Of a DNA stretch of 64,000 bases, positions 10,481 through 20,191 are shown in pieces (position 1 is the stretch's first letter; each line of letters begins with the position of its first letter). The notes beneath the pieces were generated by a model. It was not told where the DNA came from. It saw only the letters and a list, made by a program, of their open reading frames with translations, and did no database searches. A program made the position numbers and the translations under genes. This DNA is from an uncultured Chloroflexia bacterium (GTDB lineage: Bacteria > Chloroflexota > Limnocylindria > Limnocylindrales > CSP1-4), in NCBI GenBank assembly GCA_963734535.1, contig CAVTHS010000008.1:256001-320000 (forward strand), in the 5' to 3' direction.

Positions 10481-12121
10481 TCAGGCAGGCTGCGGCGTGA
10501 ACCTGTTCGCGGCGACCAGGTCGCGATACATGGATATCTGCGTTGCCTGCTCGTCCGCGCTCCAGCCGAGCAGTGTGCTCATCTCGGATGCGACCGCATC
10601 GGCCACGCCCAGCCCGCCATCTTCCGCCCAGTAGAAGATCGACGCCCGCCGAGCGAAGAAGTCGGCGACCGTACGGGCCATCTCTTCTTCGACGGCGTAA
10701 CGGACCTCAGCGAGGCTGAGGTGGAGGGCGCCAAGGTCGCGCCCCGCCTCCGGGTCGGTTTGGAGTCGGTCGGCCAGCGCGGACGCGTTGCCCCCATAGG
10801 TGGCCAGCCAGCGCTGTCGGATCGCCGGATCGACGGACGAGAGTTCGCTCGTGCGTCGGCGCGCTGCGAACCGGGCACTCGCGCTTCCGCCGCTCAGAGG
10901 AACGGCGGCGCTTCGCGAGTGCGGGACGCCGTGGAGACCAAAGCTCGTGCCGAGCGCCTTCACGGCTGCGTCGACGACTTGTTCGCCCATCAAACGGCCC
11001 GTCGTCATCTTGCCGCCCGCGATCGTCAGCAACCCCGCCGGGCTCATCATGATCTGGTGGTCGCGTGAGACGGCGCTCGTGGCGAGATCGCCTTCGGGCT
11101 TGACAAGCGGTCGCAGGCCGGCCCAGGTCGCCACAACGTTGCTGAGGCCGAGACGAGCGTCAGGGATCGCGAAGTTGGCTGCCTCCAGCAGGTACTCGAC
11201 GTCCTCGGTCGTCGCCGTGACATGGTCGAGCGGGCCGTCGTAGTCCGTGTCGGTGGTTCCGATGTAGACGAGGTTCTCATCGAGGGCGGGAATCGGCCAG
11301 ACCACCCGGTTGTCGCGCGGGGAGCGCAGGAAGACAGCGTGATTGAGCGGGAAGTCCTGCTTGCGGACGACGATGTGGATGCCCTTCGTCGGACGGAGGA
11401 GACGGTCATGGACCCCGGGCTCGAGAAACCTGACCTGGTCGGTCCACGGCCCCGACGTGTTGATGACCTGGCGGGCGCAGATCGTGCCGTTCTCGCCGGT
11501 CAGGCGGTCGGCGACCTCAATCCCGCCGACCCGGCCCCGCTCCATGACGAGGCCCGTCACTTCCATGTAGTTGGCAGCCAGCGCCCCCGCCTCCGTGGCC
11601 CCCTTGAGGGACTCAATCGTGAAACGGGCATCATCGGTGAGGAAGTCGTAGTACCAGCCTCCGCCCTGGAGGCCGTCGGGGTTGAGGTGTGGCTCCTCGC
11701 GGAGCAGAGCGGCCCCCCGAAGCATCCGGTGGCGGCGCTTCAGGGGGCTGCCCGAGAAGATGTCGTAGACGGTGAGCCCGGCGTTCAGCAGGAACATGTT
11801 CTCCGGGTAGCCGCGGTAGAGCACGTAGATGAACGGCCGGACTGTGGCGAGGTGCGGCGCGAGCTTGAGCATCAGCTCGCGCTCGCGGCACGACTCCCGG
11901 ACCAGCCTGAACTGGTAGCTCTCGAGATAGCGCACGCCGCCGTGAAGCAGCTTGGTCGAGCGGCTGCTCGTGCCAGACGCGAAGTCGCCCTTCTCGACCA
12001 GCACCGTGGAAAGGCCACGCAGCGCAGCGTCGCGGGCCGTCGACGCGCCTGTGATGCCTCCGCCAACGATCGCGATGTCGAAGGTCCGCCCCGCGACATC
12101 GCCCAACCCGAACCTGCGCAT
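10481..12121 (-). CDS. glpD: FAD glycerol-3-phosphate dehydrogenase/oxidase family
   Basis: VGGGITGA, DFASGTSSRSTKLLHGGVRYL, TKGIHI, IGTTDT, AGLRPL, GGKMTT. Confidence 0.9.
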   Translation of the reverse strand: MRRFGLGDVAGRTFDIAIVGGGITGASTARDAALRGLSTVLVEKGDFASGTSSRSTKLLHGGVRYLESYQFRLVRESCRERELMLKLAPHLATVRPFIYVLYRGYPENMFLLNAGLTVYDIFSGSPLKRRHRMLRGAALLREEPHLNPDGLQGGGWYYDFLTDDARFTIESLKGATEAGALAANYMEVTGLVMERGRVGGIEVADRLTGENGTICARQVINTSGPWTDQVRFLEPGVHDRLLRPTKGIHIVVRKQDFPLNHAVFLRSPRDNRVVWPIPALDENLVYIGTTDTDYDGPLDHVTATTEDVEYLLEAANFAIPDARLGLSNVVATWAGLRPLVKPEGDLATSAVSRDHQIMMSPAGLLTIAGGKMTTGRLMGEQVVDAAVKALGTSFGLHGVPHSRSAAVPLSGGSASARFAARRRTSELSSVDPAIRQRWLATYGGNASALADRLQTDPEAGRDLGALHLSLAEVRYAVEEEMARTVADFFARRASIFYWAEDGGLGVADAVASEMSTLLGWSADEQATQISMYRDLVAANRFTPQPA

Positions 12122-12134
12122 GGTGTGTGTCCCT

Positions 12135-13628
12135 CTACTTCTTCGCCCAGCCCATCGACCGGCGGACCGCTTCTGTCCACTCGGCGTAAAGGCGATCGCG
12201 CTGCTCCGACGTCATCTGCGGCGTGAAGACGCGATCGACCTGCTGGCCGGCAAAGCAGTCGGCCGGCGACGCCCAGTAGCCGACCGCGAGTCCGGCCATG
12301 TAGGCGGCCCCGAGGCTCGTCGCCTCCGAGTTGATCGGGCGGACCACCTCGGCATCGAGCATGTCGGCCTGGAACTGCATCAGGAAGTTGTTGCGGGCGG
12401 CTCCGCCATCGACCTTGATCGAGCTGATGCTGACGCCGGATTCCTTGCGCATCGTCTCGAGGAAGTCCTTGGTCGAGAAGACGATCCCCTCGAGGGTGGC
12501 CCGGACGAGGTGCTCGCGGCTCGTCCCCCTGGTGATCCCGATGATCGTGCCGCGGGCGTATGAGTCCCAGTACGGCGCCGAGAGACCGGTGAGGGCCGGC
12601 ACGAAGTAGACGCCGCCGTTGTCGGCGACGGCCATTGCCAGCGCCTCGGTTTCCGCGGAGGACTCGATCAGGTGGGCGCCGTCGCGAAGCCACTGGACCG
12701 CCGCGCCCGTGACGGACGCGTAGCCTTCGAGGCCGTAGGTCGTGGATTCGCCCATCCGCCAGGCGATGATCGTATTGAGCCCGGCGGCACCCACCGCCAG
12801 GGACGGTCCGACGTTCATATCGAGGAACGTCCCGGTCCCATGCGTGCACTTGACCGTGCCGGGCTCGATGCAGCCCTGGGCGAACAGGGCGGCGTGCTGG
12901 TCGGCGATGGCGCCGGTGATCGGAATGGCGGCCCCCAGCACCGCTGGCTCGGTCGTTCCGAAGTCGCCCGAGTCATCGAGGACGGCCGGGAACATCGAGA
13001 GGGGTACGCCCAGGAAGTCAAGCCACTCGCCGTACCACTCACCCTTCGTGAGGTCGTACGACCCGGTGACCGAGGCGTTCGACGCGGCGATGGCATGGAC
13101 CTTCCCGCCTGTCAAGCGGTGGATCAGCCACGAGTCGATCGTCCCGAAGGCGAGCTGGCCTGCATCGGCCTTCGCCCGAGCGCCGGGCACGTTCTCGAGG
13201 ATCCAGCGCAGGCTGAGCGACGAGTAGACCGGCGCGAGGGCCCAGCCCGTGTGGGCATACGCCTTGGCGGCCCACGCATCGCGGATCGTCTCGATGTAGT
13301 CGGCCGTCCGGGTGTCCTGCCAGACAATCGCAGGCGAAATGGGATCCCCGGATGCCCGGTCCCAGACGACCGTCGTGGCTCGCTGGTTCGTGATGCCGAT
13401 CGCCGCGATATCCGAGATCGTGAGGCCGCCGTCAGCCAGCGCCTTCGTGATCATGGCCAACGTTGCCTGCCAGATCTCCTCGGCGTCGTGCTCCACGCGA
13501 TCCGCGGCGGGATGCGATTGGGTGAACTCGGAGTACGCCGAGGCTCGGATCCTGCTGTCCCGGTCGACGATGACGGCGCGGGTGCCCGTGGTGCCCTCGT
13601 CGATGACGAGAATGAACTGAGCGGCCAT
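12135..13628 (-). CDS. glpK: Glycerol kinase-like FGGY kinase
   Basis: IDEGTTGTRA, IGITNQRAT, WQDTRT, FGTIDSWL, DQHAALF, KCTHGTG, VDGGA..NNFLMQFQAD. Substrate is not certain. Confidence 0.85.
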   Translation of the reverse strand: MAAQFILVIDEGTTGTRAVIVDRDSRIRASAYSEFTQSHPAADRVEHDAEEIWQATLAMITKALADGGLTISDIAAIGITNQRATTVVWDRASGDPISPAIVWQDTRTADYIETIRDAWAAKAYAHTGWALAPVYSSLSLRWILENVPGARAKADAGQLAFGTIDSWLIHRLTGGKVHAIAASNASVTGSYDLTKGEWYGEWLDFLGVPLSMFPAVLDDSGDFGTTEPAVLGAAIPITGAIADQHAALFAQGCIEPGTVKCTHGTGTFLDMNVGPSLAVGAAGLNTIIAWRMGESTTYGLEGYASVTGAAVQWLRDGAHLIESSAETEALAMAVADNGGVYFVPALTGLSAPYWDSYARGTIIGITRGTSREHLVRATLEGIVFSTKDFLETMRKESGVSISSIKVDGGAARNNFLMQFQADMLDAEVVRPINSEATSLGAAYMAGLAVGYWASPADCFAGQQVDRVFTPQMTSEQRDRLYAEWTEAVRRSMGWAKK

Positions 13629-13667
13629 GTTTCCTTCTCCTCGTGTGACCAATCGGTCGAGCGACGC

Positions 13668-15074
13668 CTACGCGAAGCCGAGCTTGCCCGGGTTCATGAC
13701 GTTCTCCGGGTCGAGCGCTTCCTTCAGCCGACGGAGCGGGACCATCCCCGTGCCGAGGGCCTCCCGGATGTACGGCAGCCGGGCGAGCCCGACGCCGTGG
13801 TGGTGAGAGATCGCCGCCCCCTGGTCGAGGGCGACACGCATCGCGACCTCCCAGATGCGTCCGATGCATGCCTCCGCGGCCGCGTCGTCGTCGGCCTGGC
13901 CGAGGAGGATCAGATAGAGCGAGGTGCCGTGCGGGTACAGATGCGAGAAGTGGCCCAGGACTTCGTCGGCAAGGGGTGCCAGGGCGACCTTCATCGCCCC
14001 GTACAGGTCGAGCGCCTGGTCCCAGAAGTGCGCGACCTCGATGGTCTCGGCGAAGCCGCCCGGAATCGCGAGGCGGTTCTCGATCGTCGAGAAGTCGAAG
14101 CGTCGCCCCAGCCATGACTCAGCGGCGGCGGGCCCGAGCCGCTGCCCGCCGCCGGCCTCGCAGATCCGCATCGCCACCTCGAACTCGGCTGCGGCAATCG
14201 GAGCGACGCCCTCGACCCCGATGAACATGGCACAGCCCTTGAACGCCGCGTCCTGCATTGCGTGAGGCGCCTCGTCCTCGTCATAGAAGCGGACCAGGAA
14301 CGGACGCAGGCCGCCGCGCATGACCAGGCGCATCGCCTCGACGCCGGCTTCGACGCTCTCGAAGCGGAGTGACTCGACGTGGCGCAATTCGGCACGGGGG
14401 AAGATCCGGAGGGCGACCTCCACGACGACGCCGGTCGTGCCCTCGGCACCCAGGAAGAACTGCCGCAGGTCCGGACCGACGGACATCCGGGGGACCATCG
14501 AGGTCTCAACAATCTCTCCAGTCGGGAGCACCGCGGTGAGGGCGACGACGAGCTCCTCGATGCCGCCATACCGCGACGAGAACTGCCCGGTGGCGCGGGT
14601 TGCCACCCAACCGCCCACGGACGACCGGTCGAGCGACTGGGGCGAGTGGCCGAGCGTGAAGCCGCGATCGTTCAGTTCCCGCTCGAGCTCGATCCCCAGC
14701 TTCCCCGCCTGCACCCGGACGAAGAGGTTCGTCTCATCGAGTTGCAGGACCGCCCGCATCGACGACAGGTCGAGCGTGATCCCGCCGTGCATCGGGAGCG
14801 GTGACCCCGTAACCGAAGAGCCGAGGCCCCATGGGGTGACCGGCTCGCCGTGCTCGCTGGCCCAGGTGAGCAGCCGGGACACCTGGTCGATGGTTGTGGG
14901 CCGGACCACGAGATCTGGCCGGAACGGCTGCCGGTGCTGCATCCGCCACTTCGCGGCAATGGGCCACGCGTCGTAACTGTGGGCCGCCAGGTCGTCTTCG
15001 GAGCTCGACACGGCGCCCGACCCAACGACCTCGCGGATCCGACTCTCGATGGTGGCGGGGTGGTCGGTCTCCAT
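13668..15074 (-). CDS. FAD-binding oxidoreductase (VAO/PCMH; alkylglycerone-phosphate-synthase-like)
   Basis: HSPQS...SSVGGWVATRATGQFSSRYGGIE, GAEGTTGV, HFSHLY, ISHHHGVG, DPENVMNPGKL. Confidence 0.88.
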   Translation of the reverse strand: METDHPATIESRIREVVGSGAVSSSEDDLAAHSYDAWPIAAKWRMQHRQPFRPDLVVRPTTIDQVSRLLTWASEHGEPVTPWGLGSSVTGSPLPMHGGITLDLSSMRAVLQLDETNLFVRVQAGKLGIELERELNDRGFTLGHSPQSLDRSSVGGWVATRATGQFSSRYGGIEELVVALTAVLPTGEIVETSMVPRMSVGPDLRQFFLGAEGTTGVVVEVALRIFPRAELRHVESLRFESVEAGVEAMRLVMRGGLRPFLVRFYDEDEAPHAMQDAAFKGCAMFIGVEGVAPIAAAEFEVAMRICEAGGGQRLGPAAAESWLGRRFDFSTIENRLAIPGGFAETIEVAHFWDQALDLYGAMKVALAPLADEVLGHFSHLYPHGTSLYLILLGQADDDAAAEACIGRIWEVAMRVALDQGAAISHHHGVGLARLPYIREALGTGMVPLRRLKEALDPENVMNPGKLGFA

Positions 15075-15081
15075 GGTGCTC

Positions 15082-15936
15082 CTATGTGCCCAGACGGGAC
15101 AGATCGTCCACGAATGCCTCGATGAACTCGGCGACTCCGTCGGCGTCGTGAGGCCCGACGACAAGATCGGCCGCCGCCCGCGGTCGCGCCATCGCATCGC
15201 TCGGCACGATGGCGAACCCGGCCATTCGCAGCATCCCGAGGTCATTGTCGGCATCGCCTGCCGCGATGACCTGCTCCGGAGCGACGCCGAGCTGCTCGAG
15301 GACTGCCTCGAGCGCCTGCTCCTTCGAGGCATTCGCTGCCGTCGCCTCGAAACTCACCCGCATCGAGCGCGAGGCCGTCGCACCCGCCAACCCAGCCAGG
15401 ACGTCGGCTTCCGCGCGGTCCACGGTCGCCGGCTCGCCGCCGAGCATCACCTTCAGGACCGGCGCCCGCGGAACAGGATTCGCATGCCGGTCGATCTCCA
15501 GAACATCCATCTCGTTGAGAGCACGCAGCATTTCAGCGATCGGGCCGCGCTTCGTGACCCAGATCGCCGTCTGCGTCCACAGACTGACGACCAATTCCAG
15601 CCGCGTGCCAAGATCGAGCGCCTCGACAACGAGATGTTCGGGGAGTGGCCGGACGTCGACGGCCTCCAGGCCGGGTGGCTGGATCGTGAGCGCTCCACCG
15701 CAGGCAATCAGGGGGGCCGAGAGGCCCGCTGCCTTCCAGACCGCGAGCGGGGTTGGCACGGCTCGCCCCGTGACGATCACGACACGCAACCCCGCTGCTT
15801 CGGCGCGCCCGAGTGCCGTGATCGCCCGCCGGCTGACGCGGCCATCCGCGCCGGCGAGGGTGCCGTCCATGTCGAGCGCGAGTACCCGGAAGCGCCCGCT
15901 CTCGAGAACTGCCACCGGCCTGGCCCCTGCGGTCAT
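15082..15936 (-). CDS. Cof-type HAD phosphatase
   Basis: LDMDGTL, VTGR, K..AL, GDADNDLGML. Confidence 0.88.
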   Translation of the reverse strand: MTAGARPVAVLESGRFRVLALDMDGTLAGADGRVSRRAITALGRAEAAGLRVVIVTGRAVPTPLAVWKAAGLSAPLIACGGALTIQPPGLEAVDVRPLPEHLVVEALDLGTRLELVVSLWTQTAIWVTKRGPIAEMLRALNEMDVLEIDRHANPVPRAPVLKVMLGGEPATVDRAEADVLAGLAGATASRSMRVSFEATAANASKEQALEAVLEQLGVAPEQVIAAGDADNDLGMLRMAGFAIVPSDAMARPRAAADLVVGPHDADGVAEFIEAFVDDLSRLGT

Positions 15937-16083
15937 GCGGCCGCCGCGACGGCGCCATCCTCGGACACACAGGGACGTTGTTGGCTGCGCAGAGTCAGGG
16001 TGCCGTACCCGACGATCGCGATCGCGCTCGCGAAGAATTCCTCGGCCGAACGGCGCCACCGGCCAGACGCCACCGAAACCCAT
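15933..16083 (-). pseudogene. Internally deleted relic of a permease paralogous to 21416-22429
   Basis: MGFGGVWPVAPFGRGIL resembles the N-terminus MTFDTMWLAAAFGGGLL. The adjacent frame ASAIAIVGYGTLTLRSQQRP..AVAAAA* resembles the C-terminus AVVVAAAGFGLFTFLQRRP..AVASSAAV*. Confidence 0.55.
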
Positions 16084-16123
16084 CCTCGATCCTCCCGCCG
16101 CGCGCTGGACTTCCTCATCTCAA

Positions 16124-16188
16124 TAGGCAATAAGCAGGATGCTGCCTAATGACGTAACCAGATTACGTTGCGCGCGAACGGAATGCAA
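16124..16188 (-). promoter_or_regulatory. Promoter and candidate operators of the HAD-AGPS-glpK-glpD operon
   Basis: TTGCAT(16188-16183)-N17-TAATCT. Inverted repeats ACGTAA-N5-TTACGT (16152-16168) and TAGGCA-N13-TGCCTA (16124-16148). Confidence 0.6.
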
Positions 16189-16342
16189 AGTGGCTCTGGG
16201 ATACCCGCGACATCGGCGGAATTCGTCGGTCGCGTGGCTACACGGAGGTGTGCGTACCCGACCATCCCCCACTGTGAGGGCGCGCCGGTCTGGGCGAAGC
16301 GTGCTGGCTTCCGCCCAGATCGTGCGGGAGAGACTCCTCTAC

Positions 16343-16618
16343 CTAGTCCTGGCCGAGGTGACCGAGGTCGACCTCATTTCCGGCGCGGTCAGGAGCGTCG
16401 AGCTGGAAATCCCTCGCCACGACGACGTCCGCCTCCTCGTTTGGGCCGAGGTGACCGAGGTCGACCTCATTCCCAGCGCGATCAGGAGCGTCGAGCTGGA
16501 AATCCCTCGCCACGACGACGTCCGCCTCCTCGTTCTGGCCAAGGTGACCGAGGCCTACATCTCGGTCATGTCCTTCGCGGGTTGCGTCAACACGCTCAAC
16601 GTTCCGTGCCAGATCCAC
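16343..16618 (-). CDS. Hypothetical acidic protein with 31-aa repeats (start uncertain)
   Basis: Repeat LGHLG(Q/P)NEEADVVVARDFQLDAPDRAGNEVD. Differences between copies are mostly synonymous in this frame. Confidence 0.5.
   Translation of the reverse strand: MDLARNVERVDATREGHDRDVGLGHLGQNEEADVVVARDFQLDAPDRAGNEVDLGHLGPNEEADVVVARDFQLDAPDRAGNEVDLGHLGQD
16351..16553. repeat. 93-bp tandem repeat, about 2.2 copies
   Basis: Units start at 16351, 16444 and 16537 (GGCCRAGGTGACCGAGG...). Confidence 0.95.
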
Positions 16619-16810
16619 CTGACCCGGAGATCGCGCAGACAGGCCAACAATGGGCGGGGGGATGCAACCGATCATGCACGCCGGCGGAAGTTCCTCTCCG
16701 CGAGTCAGGCACGTCACGGCGTGGTCGCTGGCCGGTGTACGATCCCGCAGATGGGTGAAGAGCGAGAGGACGCCGAGAGCCGCCGGCCGGGCCGGATCGA
16801 GAGCCGGACG

Positions 16811-17489
16811 ATGGTCGGGCCGCGAGCCCTCGACGTCATCGCGTTCGACTTCGACGGGGTCATTGCCGACACGGTTCTCGACATCGCGACGGCGGCCAAC
16901 GAGGTCCTCAGCGAGTTCAACCTGCCGGCGGTGCCCGTCTCGGTGGTCCGCTCGCAGATTGGTGGTGGGGTCGAGGCCCTCGTGCGTGGGCTCCTCGCCG
17001 GTCACCCGAACCTTCCGCTCGACGTGGCCGCGGCCCGCTTCCGTGACCGGTACGGACGCTGCTTCGACCATCAGACGACGCTGTTTCCGGGCGTCGCCGA
17101 GGTCCTCGACCAGCTCGGCTCGGCGGGAATACGGATGGCCATCGCGACGAACAAGGCGGAAGCCCTCACGCAACATCTTGTCGAGCAGCTCGGGGTCGCC
17201 CGGCACTTCTTCCTGATCGTCGGGCCCGAAATCGATCGCGCGCCGCAAGCCTGATCCGGAGACGCTGACGAGGATCCTCCAGGCAGCGCACGCGTCGCCG
17301 GCTCACGCCATCATGGTGGGCGATACCGCGGCCGACATCAGGTGCGGTCACGCAGCGGGTACGTGGACGTGCGCCGTCACCTACGGTTACGGCGAGGAGA
17401 TCGAGCTCGCCGACGCCCAGCCCGACTTCACGATCGCCCGCCTCGGCGATCTGCTGGGCCACATGGTCACGCCCGCGCGCCTCGCGTAA
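16811..17489 (+). CDS. Phosphoglycolate-phosphatase-like HAD, with indels near 17235 and 17342
   Basis: FDFDGVIADT, LFPGV, IATNK, KPDP, MVGDT..D, VTYGYG across frames. Confidence 0.85.
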
Positions 17490-17686
17490 GTCAGTCCGCG
17501 GCCAGGAGCCCTCCCTCCGCGGCTCGCAGTCGTGGAGCGGCCCGTTCACGCGGGCGCGGGCGACAGGCCCGAGTTCGCGTTTCGCGGCAGTCTCGACGTC
17601 GAAGAAGACGCGACGTTCAGGCCAGCGCTCGCGGACCGAGATCGAGCCGAAGCACCAGGCCTGCCCGGTTACCGACCGGGTGCCGG

Positions 17687-18013
17687 TCAGTCGAGCGAGG
17701 CGTTCGCCCGTCGGCGCGGAGGCCGATCCCAGCCGTGCCGCTTCGCCTCCTGGAGGTCAAGGTTCAGGTCGACGCGACGCATCACGACCAACCGGATCGC
17801 GGACAGGGGCAGGTGAAGGTCACGCTCCAGGAACCCCCGCTTCACGACGAGGAACTCGCCGACAGCCCGTACGTGACCGATCTGGTATCCGTCGACGTCG
17901 TGTACATCCCAGCCCGGCTTCAGGTCCTCGAGCCCGAACGTGCGCTGCGCGTGGCCCGGCGAGGTCTCCGGGAATCGGTAGCGAGCCCAGTAACCGGATG
18001 TGCCATTTGTCAT
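17687..18013 (-). CDS. PRC-barrel-like small protein
   Basis: GWDVHDVDGYQIGHV...FLVVKRGFLERDLHLPLSAI. Confidence 0.65.
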   Translation of the reverse strand: MTNGTSGYWARYRFPETSPGHAQRTFGLEDLKPGWDVHDVDGYQIGHVRAVGEFLVVKRGFLERDLHLPLSAIRLVVMRRVDLNLDLQEAKRHGWDRPPRRRANASLD

Positions 18014-18330
18014 GAATCGGCAGTATATACGGGCTGTTTCTGCGTCGGGCGCGGCGGTCCTGCGGTGTGGATCGCCGGCTCTGCCTGTGGTCCATGCAGG
18101 AGACCCTCATCGTCGGTGTCACGCGAAGGCATGGGAATGACGTCGGCGGCCCTCCGGAGGAGCCGCCGACGTTGGAGTACCCGTGCCCCGGTGAATTGTT
18201 CACGACGGCGTAGGCCGCCCGGCCGACCTCAGGAGCTCGGCACGAACGGTCGAACCGGTCCCGGCCCTGGCGTCTCGCGCTCCTGAGATCGCCCTGTTAC
18301 AGAGGCACCCTGCCGAGCTTCGTCTTGGGG

Positions 18331-19440
18331 TTAGGCGTTCAGGGAGCGCTTGATGCTGATGCCGTACTGGTTTGCCATGAGCATGGCGTTGTACAGCGAC
18401 CTGGCGGTCACCGGGAAGGCGTGGTTGTGGCAGAAGGAACCCTCGGCGGTGTTCTCTTCGCACCACGTGTAGAGTCGCTCCTTGGAGATGTTCTGCATGT
18501 TCAGGTCTTCGAAACAGACCGGCAGACCAATCTTCGCCATGAACGTGACGATCCGCTTGGCTTCCTCGGCATCGATGTCCGGGTCCAGCATCAGCTGCGT
18601 GACGATGCCGAGGGCGACCTTCTCGCCGTGCAGAGCGCCGTGGGTCTCCTCCAGCGAAGGCAGGCCGTTACCCAGCGTGTGCGCGGTGGCCAGGCCACCG
18701 CTCTCCCATCCCAGGCCGGAGAGCAGGACGACCGCCTCGACGAAGCTCTCGAACCGTGGCGTCACGGCTCCGGCTTCCACGGCGATGAGCGCGTCTTCGG
18801 CGTTCGCCATGAGGGTCTCGAGGCACAGCTTGGTGAGCGCCATGACGGTATCAGTCGGCGTTCCGCCGGCGCAGGTGGGCTTCCGCGTCTTATAGCTTGC
18901 CAGCGCCTCGAGGTGGGTCGCCAGGGCGTCCCCGACACCCGCCTTCAGCATGCGTGGCGGAGCGTTCACGAGGACGCCAGTGTCGGCCAGGATGACATTG
19001 GGGCTGACGGGCCACAGGTCGAAGCCCGTCATGACGTGATTGTCGTCATACCAGACGGTACAGGCCGAGGTTGGGGCGTCGTTCGAGGCGACGGTGGGGG
19101 CGATGATCACCTTCATCTCGGTGTAGATCGCAACGGCCTTCGCGGCATCCATCACCTTGCCGCCACCCAGACCGACAACGATGTCGCACCCTTCGTCCCT
19201 ACACGCCTGGGCGATCGCCCGTGCGACTTCCTTCGTGCACTCGCCCGGGAACATGTACTCCACGAATCCCATGCCCGCCGACTCCAGGGCAGGGCCGACC
19301 ACACCCACCACGGCCTTCTTGGAGTTGGTGTCCCAGATGAGCATCGGCTTCTTGGCGCCCAGCGACGTCACGATGCCCGGCAACTCCTCAAGGGCGCGTT
19401 CGCCCTGGAAGTACTTGCCGGGGAAGATCATTGCTTTCAT
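18331..19440 (-). CDS. gldA: Glycerol dehydrogenase (metal-dependent ADH family)
   Basis: FPGKYFQG, FPGECT, GLGGGKVMDAAK, PTVASNDAPTS, GDALAT, SGLGWESGGLATAH, HGEKVA. Confidence 0.92.
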   Translation of the reverse strand: MKAMIFPGKYFQGERALEELPGIVTSLGAKKPMLIWDTNSKKAVVGVVGPALESAGMGFVEYMFPGECTKEVARAIAQACRDEGCDIVVGLGGGKVMDAAKAVAIYTEMKVIIAPTVASNDAPTSACTVWYDDNHVMTGFDLWPVSPNVILADTGVLVNAPPRMLKAGVGDALATHLEALASYKTRKPTCAGGTPTDTVMALTKLCLETLMANAEDALIAVEAGAVTPRFESFVEAVVLLSGLGWESGGLATAHTLGNGLPSLEETHGALHGEKVALGIVTQLMLDPDIDAEEAKRIVTFMAKIGLPVCFEDLNMQNISKERLYTWCEENTAEGSFCHNHAFPVTARSLYNAMLMANQYGISIKRSLNA

Positions 19441-19703
19441 GACGAATCCCTCCGCGTGGTCGCGCTGATCTGCTCACCGCCTGGTCGCGAGTCCGCCTCG
19501 GTTCGACGAGGCGATTGACGCCCTGGTGCCAGTCGCTTCCGCGAAGCTGTCCTATCGCCGCATGTCTCCGCGGCGTCGCGGCGCTCCTCGAGTCAGGCCC
19601 TGTTCCTGCCGCGATCCCGACGGCGGACCGGAGGACAGGGGAACGGTTGAGACTCACGGGGACGGGTGGGTGTCGTGGCGGAGCCCCCAGCACGTCCTGG
19701 CGG

Positions 19704-19717
19704 TGAGCAATTGTTCA
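19704..19717. promoter_or_regulatory. Palindromic operator upstream of gldA
   Basis: TGAGCAATTGTTCA, matching the two sites at 20142-20173. Confidence 0.6.
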
Positions 19718-20141
19718 TCAGCGAGTGGGTGCTCAGTCACCATGATCGGCAGGTGCCGACCAGCGCCATGGGCCAATCGGACCGTTATCCCCAACCGGAT
19801 GGCCCAGCACTCTCCCCGGGTCGTCGACACCATCCGCGCCAGCCACGAAGCGCGTCTCGCCGCAGTTCACTCGCGGCCGCGCCAGCCGATCCCTCCCGAA
19901 CGGCGGCCGTTCCCCTTGCGGTTGGCCGCGGATCCCGCCGCCCACCTCCGGGTTGTGCGCCGAGTCACCTGGCATCGCCGTTGACGCGCTCGCAGGTGGG
20001 AGTTCGCAGCCACTAGCCGCGTGGCCGCGTCTCCAGTCGTTCGAGCGCCAGAACCTGCTTCGACACGGGACGCCGACGGCCACTCGGTTGGAAAAGAGGT
20101 CCGTTCAGCCCATGGCGTTGGTCCCGCCTGCGGACTATGCC

Positions 20142-20173
20142 TGAGTACATGTTCACAACTGAGCAGTTGCTCA
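20142..20173. promoter_or_regulatory. Tandem palindromic operators upstream of the SorC-type regulator
   Basis: TGAGTACATGTTCA (20142-20155) and TGAGCAGTTGCTCA (20160-20173). Confidence 0.65.
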
Positions 20174-20191
20174 CAACTGGGACTTGAGTAC

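Noticed and set aside
16351-16553. Tandem repeat as a CRISPR array
   Set aside because: The units are contiguous 93-mers with no unique spacers, and no cas genes are present.
16139-16810. Long N-terminal extension of the plus-strand HAD ORF
   Set aside because: The HAD motif starts near 16840, and repeat substitutions favour coding on the opposite strand.
19500-20140. ORFs or ncRNA in the gldA-regulator intergenic region
   Set aside because: No RBS, codon bias or recognisable RNA motif was seen. Only the operator-like sites are supported.
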